From Vulcanimicrobiota bacterium (GTDB lineage Bacteria > Vulcanimicrobiota > Vulcanimicrobiia > Eremiobacterales > Eremiobacteraceae), in the NCBI GenBank assembly GCA_963812135.1, contig CAWETU010000003.1:1-20737 (forward strand): a stretch of DNA of 20,737 nt. Direction: 5' to 3'. A program made the position numbers and the translations under genes. Under the pieces are notes generated by a model. That model was not told where the DNA came from and did not search any database. It worked only from the letters and a program-made list of their open reading frames with translations. Shown one piece after another: positions 15,801 to 20,737 of the stretch. How positions within the stretch are numbered: the first letter of the stretch is position 1; each line of letters opens with the position of its first letter.

Positions 15801-16937
15801 CTAGCGCGGCCGCGAGCGGTCGCTCGCGGCCACACCCGAGCTGCGCTCGGGTGCTACATCATCGTCGAGGTCGGCGATCACGGCGTCGTGGACGCGCGCC
15901 CGCAGGTCCGCGATCGGTCCGGGTTCTCGGCTGATGTACACGCGGTTGGTCAGCAAGGCGATCGTGAGCCCGCGCTGCGGATCGACGACGAGCGACGTGC
16001 CGGTGTATCCTGTGTGACCGTACGAATTGCGTGAAAGCCCCGCTCCCCAAGGCCGCGCGTCGCTCGACTTGAGCGCCCACGCGAGGCCGCGGCGCTCGTC
16101 CTGCGAATGCGCGTGCTCGCGAACCGCCATCTGCGCGGTCGGTCGCAACAACACACGGCGCCCTTCGAATTGCCCTGCATCGCGATAAAGCTCGCCCAAG
16201 CGAGCGACGTCCGAGGCGGTGCCGAACAGACCCGCGTGTCCTGCGATGCCGCCCATCGACCAACACGTCTCATCGTGCACTTCGCCGCGCAACAGTTTGC
16301 CGCGCCACTGGTCGCGCTCGGTGCAGACGATGCGCTGCGCGATCTCACCTTGCGGCAAGAACCCGCAACTTGAGACGCCGAGTGGATCGAAGACCAAACT
16401 TTGCAGCGCGATCGGCAATGGGACTCCGGCCAATCGCGCCACGGCCTCCCCGACGAGGATGAAACCGCAGTCGCTGTACACGACGCGCTCCCCCGGCACC
16501 CGCGCAAGCGGCGTGTCGCACACGCGGCGCACGACGCGGGCAGCGCCTAAGTCCGCACGCGCGTTGACGCTCGGCGGCAATCCTGACGTATGAGTAAGCA
16601 GGTGGCGGAACGTCACCTGCTTGCGGCGTGGATCGCGACCTGCGAACTCAGGGAATGTTTCGACGATCGGATCGTCGAGCGCGAACGCCCGCCGGTCGAG
16701 CAGCGCGAGCAGCGCGGTGCCCACGGCGATCTTCGTCAGCGACGCGAGGTCGAAGACTGCGTCGGTGGTCGCCCTTGGCCCGTCCGGCGCGAGCTCGCCG
16801 AGCGCCGCCTCGTACACCACTGCGCCGCGCACGCGCACGTGCAGCACCGCACACGAGCAGACGCGTCCGAGCGCGTCCTCGAGCGCCGAGAGCGCGGTCG
16901 GAAGCGCGCGAGGCTCGCTGCCCGCCGGCCGTATCAC
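15801..16937 (-). CDS. Beta-lactamase-family serine hydrolase, AmiE/YbbE-like (candidate MurNAc-L-Ala amidase)
   Basis: FDLASLTK (SxxK), LLTHTSGL, YSD, GEVHD, GHAGLF, GHTGYTGT, LLTNRV. Directly downstream of nagZ with GTGA overlap, as in the Bacillus nagZ-amiE arrangement. Confidence 0.8.
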   Translation of the reverse strand: MIRPAGSEPRALPTALSALEDALGRVCSCAVLHVRVRGAVVYEAALGELAPDGPRATTDAVFDLASLTKIAVGTALLALLDRRAFALDDPIVETFPEFAGRDPRRKQVTFRHLLTHTSGLPPSVNARADLGAARVVRRVCDTPLARVPGERVVYSDCGFILVGEAVARLAGVPLPIALQSLVFDPLGVSSCGFLPQGEIAQRIVCTERDQWRGKLLRGEVHDETCWSMGGIAGHAGLFGTASDVARLGELYRDAGQFEGRRVLLRPTAQMAVREHAHSQDERRGLAWALKSSDARPWGAGLSRNSYGHTGYTGTSLVVDPQRGLTIALLTNRVYISREPGPIADLRARVHDAVIADLDDDVAPERSSGVAASDRSRPR

Positions 16938-18502
16938 GACGTGCCCGCGACCTGTGGACTTGCGCCCAGCACCACCGGCAGCCGCCCGAGCGCCTGCGCG
17001 GTTCCGAGCAGCACAGCACCCGCTGCGGCCAGTTCGGCGTCGCCGTCGCCGAAGGACGCGATGACCGCGACGCTATCCGGCAAATGCGTCGCGTCGTATG
17101 GCTCCAGCGCCGCGATCGCGACGATCGGTTTGCCGTACAGCGCGAGATCCGCGACCGCTTGCGCCTGCAATCGGTGAACGAAAGCCCGTCGCGTCACCGC
17201 GACGAATGCATCGGCCGCGCCGGCCGCCATCAGAAGCTGTTTGTACTCGTGACCCGCAGGCTCGAGATCGCGCAGCTGCTCGCTCACCTGCAGGCCGGCA
17301 GCGGCCAGCATTTTGCCAAGCACGCTTTCCACTCTCGCGCCAGTGGACTTCGCGGGACCGCCCTCGATGAAATTGACGACGAACACGCGCGCACCACTCG
17401 GGAGCGAGAGCGGCGGTATACCGGCGCCGGTGCGCACGACGCACACCGAACGTTGCGCGACGTCACGCGCGAGCGCCGCCGAATCGATGGGCGGCGCGTC
17501 CTCGTCGGGCACGCGTTGCGCGGTTCGCCAACGCAGCGTCTCGACGCGCGCGAGACTCGCCGCGACGCGGTCGGGCTTGAGGCGGCCGTCGCGCACGGCA
17601 GCGCGCAACGCCTCCAAGCCTTCGCGAGCCGCGTCGAGTTCTGAAAACACGAGCAGGTCTGCGCCTGCGTCGATCGCCAGCACCGACGCTTGCGCGATCG
17701 ATGAGCGCGAGGTGATGCCGGCCATCACCATGTCGTCCGTGCACACAACTCCATTGAAGCCGAGCTCATCCCGCAACACGGCTTGCAGCAACGCCTTGGA
17801 CAGCGTGGCAGGGGCGCCGCTTGGATCCAGGGCCGGCGCTGATACATGACCGGTCATGATAAGATCGACGCGGGCATCGATCGCGGCGCGAAACGGCGCC
17901 AGCTCGACCCGGCGCAGATGCGCGGCGTCGCGTGTCGTGGCGACCGGCGCGAGGTGCGAATCTTCGGAGGTGTCCCCGTGACCGGGAAAATGCTTCGCTG
18001 CCGAGGCTATGCCGGCTGCGTGCAGGCCGTCGATCGCGGCGGCGACGTGCGCGCTCACCCTGGCGGGATCATCGCCGAACGAGCGCAGGCCGATGACCGG
18101 ATTTTCTGGATTGGTGTTCACGTCCGCGACGGGCGCGAAGTCGAGATTGATGCCCAACGCGCGCAGATCGCCGCCCATCATCCTATACACCGCGCGCGTC
18201 AGCTCAGGCTGCCATGCAGCGCCAAGCGCCATCGCCGAAGGAGCGGGCGCTCCTAATGACCCCAACCGTTCGACGGTGCCGCCCTCCTGGTCGGCAGCGA
18301 TGAGCAGCGGCGGGCGATGCGGCGGACGGGCCGCTTGGAGATCGTCGATGAGCGCACGCGTTTGCTCGAGAGTGGCAATATTACGGCGAAAGAGGACGGC
18401 TCCGGCCGTTCCCGCAATGAATTGCGCGATCTCTTGAGGCGCGTCGATCCCGGGCAAGCCCGCCAGGATGAGACCGCCGACCCGGCCCGCGAGCTCTTCC
18501 AC
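16934..18502 (-). CDS. nagZ: Beta-N-acetylhexosaminidase, GH3, two-domain
   Basis: DQEGG, APVADV, IGLRSFG, NagZ signature KHFPGHGDTSEDSH, IMTGH, nucleophile TDDM. GTG 18502 preceded by AGGAGG. No signal peptide. Confidence 0.93.
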   Translation of the reverse strand: MEELAGRVGGLILAGLPGIDAPQEIAQFIAGTAGAVLFRRNIATLEQTRALIDDLQAARPPHRPPLLIAADQEGGTVERLGSLGAPAPSAMALGAAWQPELTRAVYRMMGGDLRALGINLDFAPVADVNTNPENPVIGLRSFGDDPARVSAHVAAAIDGLHAAGIASAAKHFPGHGDTSEDSHLAPVATTRDAAHLRRVELAPFRAAIDARVDLIMTGHVSAPALDPSGAPATLSKALLQAVLRDELGFNGVVCTDDMVMAGITSRSSIAQASVLAIDAGADLLVFSELDAAREGLEALRAAVRDGRLKPDRVAASLARVETLRWRTAQRVPDEDAPPIDSAALARDVAQRSVCVVRTGAGIPPLSLPSGARVFVVNFIEGGPAKSTGARVESVLGKMLAAAGLQVSEQLRDLEPAGHEYKQLLMAAGAADAFVAVTRRAFVHRLQAQAVADLALYGKPIVAIAALEPYDATHLPDSVAVIASFGDGDAELAAAGAVLLGTAQALGRLPVVLGASPQVAGTS

Positions 18503-18570
18503 GTGCGGTGAGCCTCCTGCGGACCCGTACAAGAGCGCGCGTCGTACCCCCTCTTCAGGAGATAGATGGC

Positions 18571-20737
18571 TTGAAACGTCTGACGTTTGTCCTCGCATGC
18601 ATCGCAGTCGCAACCGTGCTGCTCATCACGCCTGCCACGCGCGCAGCGGCTTCGGACGGTCGAATAAATTCGACCGCTCCAGCGGTCGTGCGGGCGACGC
18701 TGCCCAACGGCTTGCGCGTCATCATCGTGCGCGATCCGCTGTCACCGGCGGTCAACGCGCAGATGGTCTATCTTGCGGGCTCGGACGAAACGCCGCCAGG
18801 CTTTCCCGGGATGGCGCACGCGCAAGAGCACATGGCAGCGGGGCGCAGCATGCAAGGCCTCACCTCTAGTCAGCTCAACGACATCAGCACGCTCATGGGC
18901 GGCCGCAGCAACGCGCAGACAGAGAACACCGTCACGCTCTATTACTACACGGTGCCCAGCAAGGATCTTCCATACGTACTGCACATCTTCGCGATCCAGA
19001 TGCACGGCGTGCTCGACTCGCAAGCTGAGTGGACGCAGGAGCGCGGCGCTATCGAGCAAGAGGTCGCGGCGGATCTCTCCAATCCGTTCTACCGATTTTT
19101 CTCGGATGCATGGCTGCACTTGTTCGCCGGCACGCCATACGAGCATGACGCGCTCGGCACCCGGCCATCGTTCGACAAGACGACTGGCGCGCTCCTGAAA
19201 AAGTTCTACGACACCTGGTACCAGCCGAATAACGCGATACTCGTGATCACGGGCGACATCGACCCGCAAGCGACCTTGAGCAGCGTCAAGACCGTGTTCT
19301 CTTCGATACCCGGGCATCCGGTGCCGGGCGCCCTGCCGTCCACCTGCGGCCTCTCAAGCCCGAGACGATCTCGCTCGACAGCGATCAACCCTTTGCGGTC
19401 GCGTTCGTCGGCTATCGGCTACCCGGCACCGATAGTCCCGACTACGCAGCGGCGACAATATTAGGCGGCGTACTGGCCAGCCAGCGGGGCGACGTCTACC
19501 GCTCGGCCCGGCGGGCAAGGCGCTGCAAGCCGGCTATTTCCCCGTGACCCAACTCCCCAAGGCCGGAGCCGGCCTGCGGTGCCCTGCCGCCCGGCGCGGA
19601 CACAAAGGCTATGGCGGACAAGCTCAAGAGCGTGATCGACAATTATAAGAAGAACGGCGTGCCGGCGGAGCTGGTCGATGCGATCAAGCGCCAGTCCGTC
19701 GCGCAGGCAGAGTTCGACCGCAATTCCATCACCGGACTGGCCGACTCGTGGGTGCAGTCGGTCGCGGTGGAAGGGCGCTCCTCACCCGACGACGACGTGA
19801 AAGCGCTGCAAAGCGTCACCGTCGACGACGTCAACCGCGTGCTGCGCCGCTACTTCGACAACTCGACCGCGCTTGTCGGCATCCTCAACCCCAAGCCCGC
19901 CGGCCAGCCGAGCAACGCGAAAGGATTGGGCGGCGCGGAGTCATTCGCGCCGACGAATGCAGCAAAGACGACGTTGCCTTCTTGGGCGCAAGCGTTGCTC
20001 GCAGTCGCTTCGGATCCGCTTCGACGCTCAATCCGTCAGAGGTCAGGCTTTCGAACGGTCTGCGGCTCATCGTTCAGCCGGAGTCGTTCAGTCCGACCGT
20101 CACCGTGATCGGCGCAGTCAAGAACAATCCCGATTTGGAGGCGCCACCCGGCAAGGAGGGCGTCGAGAGGATCTGGGCGAGCTTTTCAGTTACGGCACGA
20201 CGACACTGGACCGCCTCGCCTATCCACGGCACTCGATGATATCGCCGCCAGCGCCGAACCAGGCACGGATTTCTCGCTGACCGTGCTTTCGTCGAAGTTC
20301 GATCGCGGCGTTGAGCTGCTCGCCGAGCGCGTGTCCATCCGGCACTGCCCGCGCCGCCTTTGGCGTAGTTCAGCGCCAGTTCGCCGGGTTTGTCGGTGGT
20401 GAACAAACCAGCCCAGACTATCTCACGCAGCTCGCCCTCGATAAGGCGTTGTACCCGCCGAACGATCCGCAGCTTCGTCGGGAGACGCCCGATAGCGTCA
20501 AAGCGCTGACTCTCGATGACGTCAAAGCATATTACTCGACCGTGTTCCGTCCGGATCTCACGACGATCATCGTGATCGGCGACGTCACACCCAACCAGGC
20601 GAAAGCCTGGATCGAGAAGTGGTTCGGCGGTTGGACCGCAACCGGGCCGGCGCCAGACGGACTATCCGCCGGCGCCGAACAACGCGCCGTCCGCGCGAAC
20701 TACCGGCAACCGGCCGCGTCCAAGATTCAGTGACGCT
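18571..20737 (+). CDS. Secreted M16-family zinc metallopeptidase, heavily frameshifted after ~19328 and running off the window end
   Basis: TTG 18571 after AGGAG; signal peptide; ATLPNGLRV; zinc motif HAQEH; ERGAIEQE; FYDTWYQPNNA. Second-half motifs LSNGLRLIV and FRPDLTTIIVIGDV appear in other frames. Confidence 0.88.
18657..18680 (-). repeat. REP-like palindrome copy 2: GGAG-CGGTCGAAT-TT-ATTCGACCG
   Basis: Same perfect 9-bp inverted repeat as copy 1, with GGAG in place of GTAG. Lies inside the M16 peptidase CDS, encoding GRINSTA. Confidence 0.75.

Noticed and set aside
1153..18437. Numerous long overlapping and antisense ORFs (e.g. 1283..2236 -, 5324..6259 +, 9314..10021 +, 16628..17644 +)
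   Set aside because: These are shadow ORFs expected in high-GC DNA. They overlap well-supported genes and show no recognisable motifs.
4636..18678. The two 23-nt direct repeats as CRISPR repeats or att/target-site duplications bounding a 14-kb element
   Set aside because: There are only two copies 14 kb apart, no cas, integrase or transposase gene, housekeeping-type genes lie between them, and the boundaries would cut through genes or an operon.
19320..20737. Programmed frameshifting or several separate genes in the M16 region
   Set aside because: There are too many shifts, no slippery heptamers were seen, and the pieces join into a single M16 peptidase.

Overview
GC-rich bacterial chromosomal window (roughly two-thirds GC by eye), densely coding, with no rRNA, tRNA, CRISPR array or transposase visible. 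From left to right: (1) a small ABM-fold gene (-) with a long structured leader; (2) a VOC glyoxalase, methylmalonyl-CoA mutase (substrate-binding subunit only) and methylmalonyl-CoA epimerase (+); (3) a Liv-type ABC transporter operon (-) ending in a DUF4127-like gene broken by one extra base; (4) a secreted alpha/beta hydrolase (-), a secreted six-cysteine protein (+) and a BtuF-like binding protein (+); (5) a tightly coupled peptidoglycan-recycling operon (-): nagZ, amiE-like serine hydrolase, anmK, an unknown lipoprotein, a BadF-type sugar kinase and murQ; (6) an M16 zinc peptidase (+) whose many frameshifts look like sequence error. Two signals are not explained by the gene calls. An identical 23-nt palindrome with REP architecture occurs twice, 14 kb apart, each time apparently inside the N-terminal coding region of an exported protein. 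A near-consensus sigma70 promoter at the end of mce points directly into an intrinsic terminator, defining a candidate ~50-nt small RNA. All family assignments come from motif recognition, not database searches.
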